From IMG/VR virus record IMGVR_UViG_3300037247_000923, positions 1-50,931 of that record: 50,931 nt of DNA; one strand, written 5' to 3'. The notes beneath the pieces were generated by a model, which worked only from the letters and a program-made list of their open reading frames with translations, was not told the origin of the DNA and searched no databases. This document shows positions 1 through 8,792 of this stretch, piece after piece; positions within the stretch are counted from its first letter, which is position 1; each line of letters opens with the position of its first letter. The translations under genes and the position numbers were made by a program. The stretch comes from a virus (taxonomy: Duplodnaviria > Caudoviricetes).

Positions 1-20
1 TTGTAAACTGGAAGTTTTTT
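1..20 (+). repeat. Terminal direct repeat copy 1 (TTGTAAACTGGAAGTTTTTT), most likely an assembly circularisation overlap
   Basis: Identical to 50912..50931; the minus-strand ORF stays in frame across the join. Confidence 0.95.
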
Positions 21-877
21 AGGGCCACAACTTCGACTACTTTAAAGGGATTTACCGTCGAATCGTTGTACATAGGCGTGGTAACTTGTGTACTATATTG
101 AGCAGTTCCTTCGACCATCCATTGAAATTCAAATGTTGAGGTCCCTGTTAGCGTCACGTCCTTTATGAGTGAACTAGTGATAGACGTAGTAGTGACTAAA
201 GTATCATTAATATAAACGTTAGTTACTCCGCCTCCGCTATCATCAACGCGAATTTCTACTGTTTGCCAGCCACCGAGTCCAACGTTTTCTGTTCCAATAA
301 TCAAAACGTAGGTATCATCGCTGTCCTGTTTATAGTACAAGCCGCCCTCATAGATGGCGAATTCCTTGCCAGTCCCTATGGCGCCTTGTCCGCGCACTAC
401 AAAGGTGTGTGGATCGGTATCGGAACCATTGTAGGTCGGAAGATTTGTACCTCGGAATAGAAAACGCAATGACCAGTCGTTACCCGTAGAGACTGTCCCT
501 ACGGCATAACTGAGAAGAAGATTGCCGGTTCCGGCATCATCTTGCACATTGGTGCGTAAGGCGCCTTTGTCTACCGCGGTCGTTACCTTGTCGCCACTGG
601 TATCAGTTTCGACAAAACCGGCTGTTCCAGTCAAGAAGTCAACAAATTGCTGAATCGTACTATCGGTGTCTAGTTCATTCGGCACCAGAAGTGTCTGGCC
701 CCACTGACGCAAACCGGGACGCTTGCTGATTAGGCCGTCCAACTCCGTCGTAATATTCTTTGCTTGCCATAGGGCCGTTTCAGGAATGGTGGTTTGACGC
801 CCAGCTGTTGCAAGACCATCGCGGTACGGGTGCAAGCGAATCGTTGTTTCAAGTCTACCAGTTCTCTTATTGCCCAT
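1..877 (-). CDS. 5' part of tail nozzle (tail tubular protein B / P22 gp10-like); continues at 50911..49479, ~769 aa in total
   Basis: ATG at 877 overlaps the TAA of the upstream gene (TAATG). Manual translation MGNKRTGRLETTIRLHPYRDGL...LISKRPG...LKNFQFT|TRAGSNIRALLCAAGNY is open through the junction. Not in the ORF track. Confidence 0.85.
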   Translation of the reverse strand, partial: MGNKRTGRLETTIRLHPYRDGLATAGRQTTIPETALWQAKNITTELDGLISKRPGLRQWGQTLLVPNELDTDSTIQQFVDFLTGTAGFVETDTSGDKVTTAVDKGALRTNVQDDAGTGNLLLSYAVGTVSTGNDWSLRFLFRGTNLPTYNGSDTDPHTFVVRGQGAIGTGKEFAIYEGGLYYKQDSDDTYVLIIGTENVGLGGWQTVEIRVDDSGGGVTNVYINDTLVTTTSITSSLIKDVTLTGTSTFEFQWMVEGTAQYSTQVTTPMYNDSTVNPFKVVEVVALKNFQFT

Positions 878-1878
878 TAGTGATCCAAATTAAAATTGTC
901 AACCTTATCAAAATGGCTACCCCAATTTAGTCTATGCCCGCCAAATCCAAAAGACCTTTGAATACCTCGACGTATGCGACCAGTTTTGCGGATAATACTG
1001 CGCGACCCTGTTACGTCTGGATTGGCGACTTGTTGATTATACGTGTTAATCATGTCAACCAATGTACGCTCAACCTTGGCATCGTCCTCATAGTCGCGCT
1101 GTGCTAACTGTAAAACCATCTCCATGATGGGAGCAACATAACGATTTGGAAAGAGAATTTTGTCGTTATCCGAGTTAATCTCTCGGTGAAGGCGTTGATA
1201 CGGATATGCCAGAATTCGCTGGTCCTCTGGATATGGGTGAAAGTGTATAAGAAACGCTGTCTCATTATCATTCATCCCATAGATCGTATATCGCCGAGGT
1301 TCTCCCGTGGTAATTCCGCGCTCTCTACGCCTGATTTCTGAGAACTCATCCGGGGATATCGGAAGAATACTATAAGGAGCAAAGAAGCCTTGGATATCTG
1401 TCAGAGGCCGATCGAAGTTTACTGGTAGGGCATAACGATCCATGGCAATTGTATAGATTCGCTCGTCTCCGCTCACAATGCTATCGCTTACCCATGCTCG
1501 ATTCAATTGCAATTGCGTTGGCGCTGGGACGGCGATAATTCGATATACAACGTTATCGCCCGCTATCTGAAAGGCCCGCCCGATATAGGTCTGATCGAAC
1601 GTAGCGTTGTCAACGGTTATAACGTCGCTATTCAGAGTCGCGGTTACGTACTCTTCTGAACCATCGGTCAAATCGCTAGTCTCTTTAGCCAGCGTCACGA
1701 TTGTTCCATCGGCCCGTAGAAGAGGCCAATCATTAATCCCGGTGATGGTCTGTAATACTCGGTTCAGGAGACGGAGCAGTTTCCGGGTTTCCTTGGTCAG
1801 CGGCGGTTTATCGAGAGTCTCAATCTGTGGCCAGCCGAGGCGGTCAGCAATTTCGTTCAGTATTTCTAGGGCGTTCAT
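877..1878 (-). CDS. Head-tail adaptor (tail tubular protein A / T7 gp11-like) with an internal beta-rich insertion
   Basis: MNALEILNEIADRLG...WPLLR...RYALPVNFDR...FHPYP motifs; lies directly upstream of the nozzle gene. Confidence 0.7.
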   Translation of the reverse strand: MNALEILNEIADRLGWPQIETLDKPPLTKETRKLLRLLNRVLQTITGINDWPLLRADGTIVTLAKETSDLTDGSEEYVTATLNSDVITVDNATFDQTYIGRAFQIAGDNVVYRIIAVPAPTQLQLNRAWVSDSIVSGDERIYTIAMDRYALPVNFDRPLTDIQGFFAPYSILPISPDEFSEIRRRERGITTGEPRRYTIYGMNDNETAFLIHFHPYPEDQRILAYPYQRLHREINSDNDKILFPNRYVAPIMEMVLQLAQRDYEDDAKVERTLVDMINTYNQQVANPDVTGSRSIIRKTGRIRRGIQRSFGFGGHRLNWGSHFDKVDNFNLDH

Positions 1879-2312
1879 TAGGTAACCCTTGTAGCAATAA
1901 CTTCAATTTCTAGTTTTTCACCAGTTGTAGCGCCACCTTTGGTTACCGAAAATTGGAATCCATGGGGTATTACCAATGGCGAGATGCCGGTATCGGCTGC
2001 TCCAGTAATATCAAAGACTCGAACCATCCGGACAGAAATTCCGGCAGCTAAAGTAATAGCTGTAATAAATGCGGCATCATCTTCTTCCAATATCTGCAAA
2101 TCAATGGCACTTACAACGGTCTGCCCACTATCCCCATATTTTACAATTGTATCGAGTACAGTCGTACCTCCGGTGACATTAGCATTTAGGACAATTAATA
2201 TATGATATGATCCGGCCGGTAAATTAACTGTGTAATCTGTACTTGCTGCTGGAACTATGCTAAGGCTTCTTATAACTAAAGTTTCTGGGCGAAACGAATT
2301 AGTCTTTCCCAT
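1878..2312 (-). CDS. Putative virion structural protein, beta-rich (144 aa)
   Basis: TAATG-coupled on both sides within the structural operon. Confidence 0.6.
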   Translation of the reverse strand: MGKTNSFRPETLVIRSLSIVPAASTDYTVNLPAGSYHILIVLNANVTGGTTVLDTIVKYGDSGQTVVSAIDLQILEEDDAAFITAITLAAGISVRMVRVFDITGAADTGISPLVIPHGFQFSVTKGGATTGEKLEIEVIATRVT

Positions 2313-4309
2313 TAGTCTGTTACTCCTATAATAATCTCCGCCGTATCAGTAGACGAATTGTTCTGTATGGCGATACGCTCAAAAGTGCCGCCGCCAATAA
2401 ATAGAAACGTAGCGTCAGGCAAATAGTTATCGTCTGTACTGCCTTGACCTACGGATATGGCCACTACCTCAGTAGAATCTACCATTAGATAGTGCCCGGT
2501 TTTAATCCCGCCAATATTCAACTCTATTGTAGTTGACGGTGCCAAACTAATGCGCCGAAGGGAAATCTCCCTAATCAAACGCTCTTCCCGGTTTGATCGA
2601 AGTGCATGTTGTTGTATACGATTTTTGCTGGTTTTCATCCAGCTATTTATATCTATCGTCCAGACATCCGTGAAGATCGGGAATACATCGAGGAATGGGA
2701 TAGCCCCATCTCCGCCTGGATCGCCCGGATCACCCGCGTCCACAATGGACAATGTAACGGTATCTGTGTTGTCTCCGGGTACTGGATCAATCGACGGGCT
2801 TCCATCTGTTTGTGTGGCCGTAAAGTCAATACTGTTTCCAGCCTGATCGGCGTCGACTTGGACGTTGATAACCAAGGTTTCTGACGCGGCGTCCGCAAGA
2901 GTTGGTAGCGTCCAGAGTCCAGTTCCCGAAACATAGGTTCCAGCGGTCGGGCTATGACTAATATAAGCAAGGCCTGCAGGTATTGCTGCAGTAACTTCCA
3001 CACTCGTTGCAGATGTTCCACTATTTGCGATAATGATGGTAAGTTGGACATTATCCTCTGGTTCCGGGTTTAGGCTATCACTTGTTATAGTTACTGTATA
3101 ATCGGTTTCGCCGGACGGCAATGCGCCGGGTATACTGCTGCTCTCGCCTGCAGTACGGTGAATAATTGGACGTAGATCAGCTGGAACCGTTAAATCGTAT
3201 CCGGTCGAGTCTACGTCGTCCCACAAAAATGTAGTTGAGGGATCAAGGAACGGTACGGTATCCGCGACCTCGTAGGCCACGTTGTCTGTGCTCTTGGGAT
3301 CTTCGCCATCGTCCCACGGTGGCTCGTAAATATCTGCGACTTCTCCGGCAGATATACTCGGGCCGAATTGAATTACATTATAGCCGATGGTACCAATATT
3401 TGTCGCTGTGGAGCCGCCACTTATTCCTCCAAAAACCGAGGTTACCAGTGTTGCCGCCACAGAAGCAATTTCAATCCACATGAGATTACTGTGCCAATTG
3501 ACGGTGCCATAATCTCCGCTGGCCGGAGAGGCCTTTAAGATATGTGCGATTGTTCCGGTCGTATCAGTTAGATCGTAATAAAGTGTGTTATGGTAGAACT
3601 CTACAATGTTTCCGGCAGCTGCTGCTGCACTAAATGCCCAGGAATTAGATACCGTCCCGTTATAGTCATTCTTGATCCAGATAACATTGTGATGCGCACG
3701 TCCCTTTATAGTTGCTCCAGATTGAATCCAATCTACGGGCAATGCAACGTTCTCCAGTACGCAGTATGATAATTCTCCCCAATCGTTAGGAGCCGAAGAA
3801 TTGAACGCAAAAATATTCCGTACATCATCTGCGAAAGTGGCATCATTATCGTCATAACCCTTGATGCGGCAAGCCTTGACTCGTACCGGCCCGGCCGTAT
3901 TACCGCGTATACGCATTATCTCGGATACGTCTACACCAGCAGTACTCATGTCATAGTTAAGCCCCATGACACTTATGTACGCCACTCCATTGCGAATGTC
4001 CGCGAGGCGTCCTCCCGCAGATGCCGCACTCTCTATAGTCGTAAGCGCAGCTACACCAGCACTGTCCGTGCCCCGCATAACAAACCCAGGATCGGAGTCA
4101 TAATCAGTGCCAGCAAATGCAGTAGTTACTGCCGTTGGCGATGATGGGGCCGTATGCGTACCGTCATTAACGATATTAAGAATATCGCCCTTGGTGCCGC
4201 TGGCGTTCAAGTAGGCATACCAGTCGTTAATATCGCCCCATGCATTAGCGTAATCCGAGCCATTATCAAGTCCGCGCGGACTGCTACTTAACCATTTTGT
4301 TGCTGCCAC
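2312..4309 (-). CDS. Virion appendage protein: beta-helix-like N-terminus, DUF11-like Ig domain, and a C-terminal domain resembling the 126-aa protein at 11565..11945
   Basis: GTG start with GGAG RBS; DUF11-like segment VQLTIIIANSGTSATSVEVTAAIPAGLAYISHSPTAGTY...LWTLPTLADAASETLVINVQV. Confidence 0.65.
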   Translation of the reverse strand: MAATKWLSSSPRGLDNGSDYANAWGDINDWYAYLNASGTKGDILNIVNDGTHTAPSSPTAVTTAFAGTDYDSDPGFVMRGTDSAGVAALTTIESAASAGGRLADIRNGVAYISVMGLNYDMSTAGVDVSEIMRIRGNTAGPVRVKACRIKGYDDNDATFADDVRNIFAFNSSAPNDWGELSYCVLENVALPVDWIQSGATIKGRAHHNVIWIKNDYNGTVSNSWAFSAAAAAGNIVEFYHNTLYYDLTDTTGTIAHILKASPASGDYGTVNWHSNLMWIEIASVAATLVTSVFGGISGGSTATNIGTIGYNVIQFGPSISAGEVADIYEPPWDDGEDPKSTDNVAYEVADTVPFLDPSTTFLWDDVDSTGYDLTVPADLRPIIHRTAGESSSIPGALPSGETDYTVTITSDSLNPEPEDNVQLTIIIANSGTSATSVEVTAAIPAGLAYISHSPTAGTYVSGTGLWTLPTLADAASETLVINVQVDADQAGNSIDFTATQTDGSPSIDPVPGDNTDTVTLSIVDAGDPGDPGGDGAIPFLDVFPIFTDVWTIDINSWMKTSKNRIQQHALRSNREERLIREISLRRISLAPSTTIELNIGGIKTGHYLMVDSTEVVAISVGQGSTDDNYLPDATFLFIGGGTFERIAIQNNSSTDTAEIIIGVTD

Positions 4310-4318
4310 GTAATCTCC

Positions 4319-4350
4319 AAAAGTGGGGCCGATCCTTATTGACCGGCCCC
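4319..4350 (-). terminator. Probable Rho-independent terminator
   Basis: GGGGCCG...CGGCCCC stem followed by ACTTTT on the minus strand, just after the gene at 4364. Confidence 0.6.
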
Positions 4351-4363
4351 GATTACTTGTATA

Positions 4364-5371
4364 CTAGAGAATCGTACCCTCGCCACCGGATGCACTCGTA
4401 CCGGAGTCAGGGGCAGTATTTCTGATCGAACCTTCGCCCGCAGACCACTCACAACCATTATCATCAGTTGCATATCCGCAACCCATCAGGATAACGTGAC
4501 CCTGAGTAAGATTGGCTTTGAACTCCATGATATCGGCTTGAGGAGTTGCATTGTTCGCAGAAATTGAATAGAACATACAATTTTTGAACATCACATAGCG
4601 ATCAATTGCCGTGGCATCCTCAAAAACTACGTGCTCATACCCTGCGTTTGAGATGAATGCCGTAATTAGGCAGTCCTCAAAGATATTACGGGTAGCCGCT
4701 CCATCGAGCCAAATTTCACCCTCAGCGGATGCATCACGGGCAATCGTATCCAGCCCGATCGTACAATGCTTAAAGAAGTTCTCGGACCCACCATCAATTT
4801 TCAGTGATGTACCGCCCGCGCCTACTAGCGAGGAATGGCCCATACCTGCAATATGGCAATTGTCAAATACGTTCCTATTACCAGTGACCTGAATAGCCGG
4901 GCCAATGGAAGTTCCGTCGTTAATATCGCCATGAAAGAAGTGGATATTCTGAAACTTACAACCAGTACCAGTAACATTTATCAAACTTGTTACACCGGTA
5001 GCTGTTGATATTAGTCCGATTCGCTGTCGCTGTGAAACCATACTATCAGCGCCAAGACCAACCAAATGCGTGTTATTCTTGCTCCATGTGAGAGTCTCAG
5101 AGATCAGGCTCGTAGTATCACTTACCGAGGCGCCTGCGGCTTGAAGTACAACAATGTCGTTCTGCCCGGTAGTCGTTCGATTATAAGCCGCCGTAACGGT
5201 TTTCATCGGGCCGTCATTACGATCTCGTCCCGTACTTTGATTAGTAGGAGACTTACCGCTGTTGTTGTCTGAACCAGTTCGCGGATTGACGTAATATACA
5301 TTACCCTGTGTAGCAAACATGCCGCCCAAAAAGAGGTTGGCTTGTACAATATCAAAATTAGTTATACCCAT
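4364..5371 (-). CDS. Parallel beta-helix (pectate-lyase-like) virion protein, possibly a head spike
   Basis: VYYVNPRTGSDNNSGKSP...PMKTVTAAYN motif and repeated NxFxxC strands; ATG at 5371 preceded by GAAAGGT. Confidence 0.65.
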   Translation of the reverse strand: MGITNFDIVQANLFLGGMFATQGNVYYVNPRTGSDNNSGKSPTNQSTGRDRNDGPMKTVTAAYNRTTTGQNDIVVLQAAGASVSDTTSLISETLTWSKNNTHLVGLGADSMVSQRQRIGLISTATGVTSLINVTGTGCKFQNIHFFHGDINDGTSIGPAIQVTGNRNVFDNCHIAGMGHSSLVGAGGTSLKIDGGSENFFKHCTIGLDTIARDASAEGEIWLDGAATRNIFEDCLITAFISNAGYEHVVFEDATAIDRYVMFKNCMFYSISANNATPQADIMEFKANLTQGHVILMGCGYATDDNGCEWSAGEGSIRNTAPDSGTSASGGEGTIL

Positions 5372-5451
5372 TGGTATACCTTTCGTCTCTGTCAATCTAT
5401 CAGCTTGCGGCTTCCTTCACCCAAGGTAAGGTGAGTCTAAATGACAGATGG

Positions 5452-5484
5452 TTAGAAAAGGGGCGGTTATCCGCCCCATTCTAA
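5452..5484 (-). terminator. Rho-independent terminator after the major capsid gene
   Basis: GGGGCGG-ATAA-CCGCCCC followed by TTTT. Confidence 0.75.
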
Positions 5485-6399
5485 TTACGCGCCCTGTCCG
5501 CCAACCCAGCCGCGCCAATCGGCGGGACCGTGGCTCTGACGGTAGGTCATTTTCGTTTTCATGTTACCACTGTCGAAATCAAGCGTATGGTCAGAGACCG
5601 GCTCCATCCGCCAATAGAACATGAGGCGATGCCGCGAACTTTCACTACCCACAAACCAATCGTCCTCGCCCGTGAGGTACTTGGACATGAGCGGCCTAAT
5701 GCCGATCTGGTTCAGTGCGTTAGTGGCGTTGTTCGCCGTATCGGAACGAAGCTGACTTTGCAGGACTTCGTGAATAACCCACCGAAGTTTCGGAGGGTAA
5801 AGTAAAATAGCGGCATCCAGATCAACGAGCTGATTTCGCTCATCTCTCGTATCGTCGAAAATATTGATGGCCTGCTCAAGAGTACCCTGAGCAAAGTCAC
5901 CTGCGACGATATTACTGAATGTACCTCCGCCAACAAGCGGGTGCGCCGAGTTGAAAAACGACACGCCATCAGGAGTCGTGACCGACGAAAACCCGAGGTT
6001 GAAGTCACCGAATGCATCGGTTTCAATCGAGTTCTTGGCGATTCGGGCAAGCGCAGGGGCCGCGTCCGAGATCGCACCGTCAATGTCGTCGTCCATAGCT
6101 TCCAGAGAAATCTGGAAACCTTTGGCGTAAGTAAGGTGCTTAAAGCGTTTGTCATACGCCTGCAGCAACTTGTCATATTCAACACTATCGCCCTCAGACT
6201 TAATTGAGAACTGGTCGAACCCGGTGATTCCGGTGATTTCCTCAAAAGCCCGACGACTATCGCGCAGATTGAACACTTCCGTGTACGTCAGCGAGGGAGC
6301 GTCAAACAGCTCGTAGAGGATTTCGTCGAGAAACGGCAACCGACTCGTGAAGAGATCGGTATACTGATTTCTCAGCATAACAGTTCCGGCGTTAGCCAT
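5485..6399 (-). CDS. Major capsid protein (HK97 fold, Mu gpT-like family)
   Basis: 304 aa; TYAKGFQISLEAMDD, DGVSFFNSAHPL, YLTGEDDWF and DWRGWVGG motifs; strong AAGGAG RBS; follows scaffold and precedes a terminator. Confidence 0.9.
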   Translation of the reverse strand: MANAGTVMLRNQYTDLFTSRLPFLDEILYELFDAPSLTYTEVFNLRDSRRAFEEITGITGFDQFSIKSEGDSVEYDKLLQAYDKRFKHLTYAKGFQISLEAMDDDIDGAISDAAPALARIAKNSIETDAFGDFNLGFSSVTTPDGVSFFNSAHPLVGGGTFSNIVAGDFAQGTLEQAINIFDDTRDERNQLVDLDAAILLYPPKLRWVIHEVLQSQLRSDTANNATNALNQIGIRPLMSKYLTGEDDWFVGSESSRHRLMFYWRMEPVSDHTLDFDSGNMKTKMTYRQSHGPADWRGWVGGQGA

Positions 6400-6417
6400 A
6401 ATTTAATCTCCTTTAGA

Positions 6418-6996
6418 TTAGTTACCGATGGTTTCCGTCGCACCGATACCGATAGTCGCAAGACCGCGCAGCATAACGCCGGGGATAAAGCGAACGATAT
6501 AGCGGGAAAACGCAACGTTTTTCTCGTTATTAATTTGCTCCGATTCACGCTCAATACGGACAGGTGTTACATCGCTATTTGTCACACCAGTAACCGAGGC
6601 ACCTGTATCGGCGTCGATTTCAGCGGTGGATTGTAGCGTGGTAGAGTTACCTGCTGCGGGATTCGTGAGTTGAAAAAGCCGACCAATACTATCTGCCTTA
6701 GAAGCAAGAGTAGCATCATCAACCTGGAGTTCATACTCCTGGTTTACATCTGTATAAACCTGGAGTTCTCGGTCAGTTTGGGTTCCACTCACATAGTGAG
6801 CGGCTACACCCATCACTTTGCCAGCAACCGCAAGAGTATCTGTGTACTCGATAATCTCGCCATCATCGTCAATGCAGACCGGAGCACCTTCATAAATTAC
6901 CTCTGTAGTGGCAACTACGAAAGTCTCCAACTTGGGTACCGTGCCATATTCGGGTCGAACTGCACGAAAGCCCAAGGCAATATCACTATTAGCCAT
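6418..6996 (-). CDS. Capsid decoration/cement protein
   Basis: MANSDIALGFRAVR...IYEGAPVCID...GVAAH...VYTDVNQEYELQVD pattern; directly upstream of the capsid gene. Confidence 0.6.
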   Translation of the reverse strand: MANSDIALGFRAVRPEYGTVPKLETFVVATTEVIYEGAPVCIDDDGEIIEYTDTLAVAGKVMGVAAHYVSGTQTDRELQVYTDVNQEYELQVDDATLASKADSIGRLFQLTNPAAGNSTTLQSTAEIDADTGASVTGVTNSDVTPVRIERESEQINNEKNVAFSRYIVRFIPGVMLRGLATIGIGATETIGN

Positions 6997-7001
6997 GAGA
7001 A

Positions 7002-7808
7002 TTAGTCCTCAGTGGTTTTGCGCAATACCGGAAATGCCGATCGAACCTTATCCACGTTGCCCTCGGGCGTAGTGTATGTAGGTATCGGCGCGGGAATATT
7101 AAATTCCCTCCGGGGATTATGAGACTTTGTGGCACCTTTGCCTACAATCTCAACACCATCGCGCAGGATTTCGGTTTTCCCCGATCCAGCTTGAAGTGTT
7201 CTTTTACGAGCAAGTAGTTCGCGCTTGTGCTGGCGTTCGCTCCAAATACGGGCATCAATCCAGGATAGCACCATATCGCCGCGCCGAATACAGTTATCCA
7301 AAACATCTGGACCAACCATTCGTTCGGGCGGATCGGAAATATAGTTGGCCAAAAACTGATCGTTTTCGCCTGCTACCGAGTCGCCGTGTTCAATAGGAAA
7401 CCAACCACGCCAACCACGTTTTTCCCTGTAACGCGGGCTTTTCCAGCCCAACGCACGACCTTCTGGATAATCATCCGAAGGTGGGATACTCGCTAAGATT
7501 CCAAATGGATCATGGGAGTCATATGGGTCATACACAATTTCCCCATCTCGCTCAATTACTTCGCCTTCCGCTTCCCGTTCCTCAAGACCGAGTTTCATTT
7601 CTACCAGCATTTCGCGGTATTCCAGATTCTCGATCTCTTTAGCCTCAAGGCGATTGACCAAAGTTTCCTGGCCTAATGCCAGTTCCTTGACCATCTTTTT
7701 GAGTTCGGTTAGCTCGTCGACTTTAGACTCGATTGCTGGGGTAGCAACCGACTTGGCCGCAGTGGCCTTTACCTTTGTCGTCTTGGCTGTCGTTTTCTTT
7801 GTACTCAT
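7002..7808 (-). CDS. Head-region hypothetical protein (coiled coil plus GW..RRGDMVL domain)
   Basis: AGGAG RBS; between scaffold and decoration genes. Confidence 0.6.
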   Translation of the reverse strand: MSTKKTTAKTTKVKATAAKSVATPAIESKVDELTELKKMVKELALGQETLVNRLEAKEIENLEYREMLVEMKLGLEEREAEGEVIERDGEIVYDPYDSHDPFGILASIPPSDDYPEGRALGWKSPRYREKRGWRGWFPIEHGDSVAGENDQFLANYISDPPERMVGPDVLDNCIRRGDMVLSWIDARIWSERQHKRELLARKRTLQAGSGKTEILRDGVEIVGKGATKSHNPRREFNIPAPIPTYTTPEGNVDKVRSAFPVLRKTTED

Positions 7809-7818
7809 GAAGAACTCC

Positions 7819-8715
7819 TTACTTTACGAATAAGTCTTGGTTATCCCTGTAGAGTTTGTGACGCTCTTTGATTTTCTTAATATCGAATTTGACTCCGGGA
7901 ATGGAGCCTTCCAGTCGAGTTTTGATATCCATAGCCTGCTCATCGGACATAGTTTCTGTCTCCGTAACTTTCACCGGCCGTGCACCCTTTCGGGCATTTG
8001 GCAGATTAGGCGACGGACGTCGAGTCCGTATAGTGGCTTTGGCTTGAACTCCCATGTTAGAAGCGATTTCATTTGCTACATCCAACAACGAACTGGGGTT
8101 GGATTCAGCATATGATTTGCCGCCTCTGATTTGGAGTTCGGCTGCGACTGCATCTCGAAACTCTGATCCACGCTCTTTGAGTTGCGGATACCGATCAAGG
8201 GCCATTTGATTAGCTCTTGTTCGACTCGACTCAAATGTTTGAATCTTGGTGGCCTGCTGAGTACGCTGGTTCACCTGTTCCGAGATAATTCGCTCTGTAA
8301 GATAATCGCTAAACGCGTCTTTCTGCTCTTCTGGGACCTGACTTCTCATGTCTTTGAGTTGCTTCACGGACAAATTATCAAGCGAGTTACCGTCCTGCTG
8401 CTCCGGCTTACTGGGTTGGCTCGTAGCCTTCAATGCCAGTGTAAGTTCGCTCATTGCTTGAGAGAACTTCTCCGTCATTTCACGCTGGAACTTCTCCTGT
8501 TTGCGGGAGAACTCACGGTGTAGTTTGTTGAGATCACGGCCATCTTTCTCGTCGTCGTCCTCAGTGCCACTGGCATCAGCATCAGTACTTGCGTCCTCAT
8601 CCCGATCCAGATCTGCTTGAAGTTCTTCGTCGGTGAGATGTTCATCATCTTCACTACCGATTGGCGAGTTCGGCGTTACGCCATCAAGTTGACTACCAAT
8701 TAGGTCGTCAGTCAT
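7819..8715 (-). CDS. Capsid scaffolding protein
   Basis: Acidic N-terminus, helical coiled coils; between portal and capsid genes. Confidence 0.7.
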   Translation of the reverse strand: MTDDLIGSQLDGVTPNSPIGSEDDEHLTDEELQADLDRDEDASTDADASGTEDDDEKDGRDLNKLHREFSRKQEKFQREMTEKFSQAMSELTLALKATSQPSKPEQQDGNSLDNLSVKQLKDMRSQVPEEQKDAFSDYLTERIISEQVNQRTQQATKIQTFESSRTRANQMALDRYPQLKERGSEFRDAVAAELQIRGGKSYAESNPSSLLDVANEIASNMGVQAKATIRTRRPSPNLPNARKGARPVKVTETETMSDEQAMDIKTRLEGSIPGVKFDIKKIKERHKLYRDNQDLFVK

Positions 8716-8758
8716 AGTAATCTCCGTTCCAGATTACGCACTGGTACCGCGAATCCGA

Positions 8759-8787
8759 AGTTTACGTAGTTATTTGCTAGATTTCAA
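8759..8787 (-). promoter_or_regulatory. Putative sigma70-type promoter for the scaffold/capsid operon
   Basis: TTGAAA-17 nt-TAAACT in the intergenic gap upstream of the scaffold gene. Confidence 0.5.
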
Positions 8788-8792
8788 GGCAT

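Noticed and set aside
1-20. 20-bp end repeat as a biological terminal repeat or att site
   Set aside because: It falls in the middle of the nozzle gene and no integrase is present; an assembler overlap is the simpler explanation
5378-5405. Hammerhead ribozyme (CTGATAGA...CGAAA on the minus strand)
   Set aside because: The core deviates from CUGANGA and stems I-III could not be built around it
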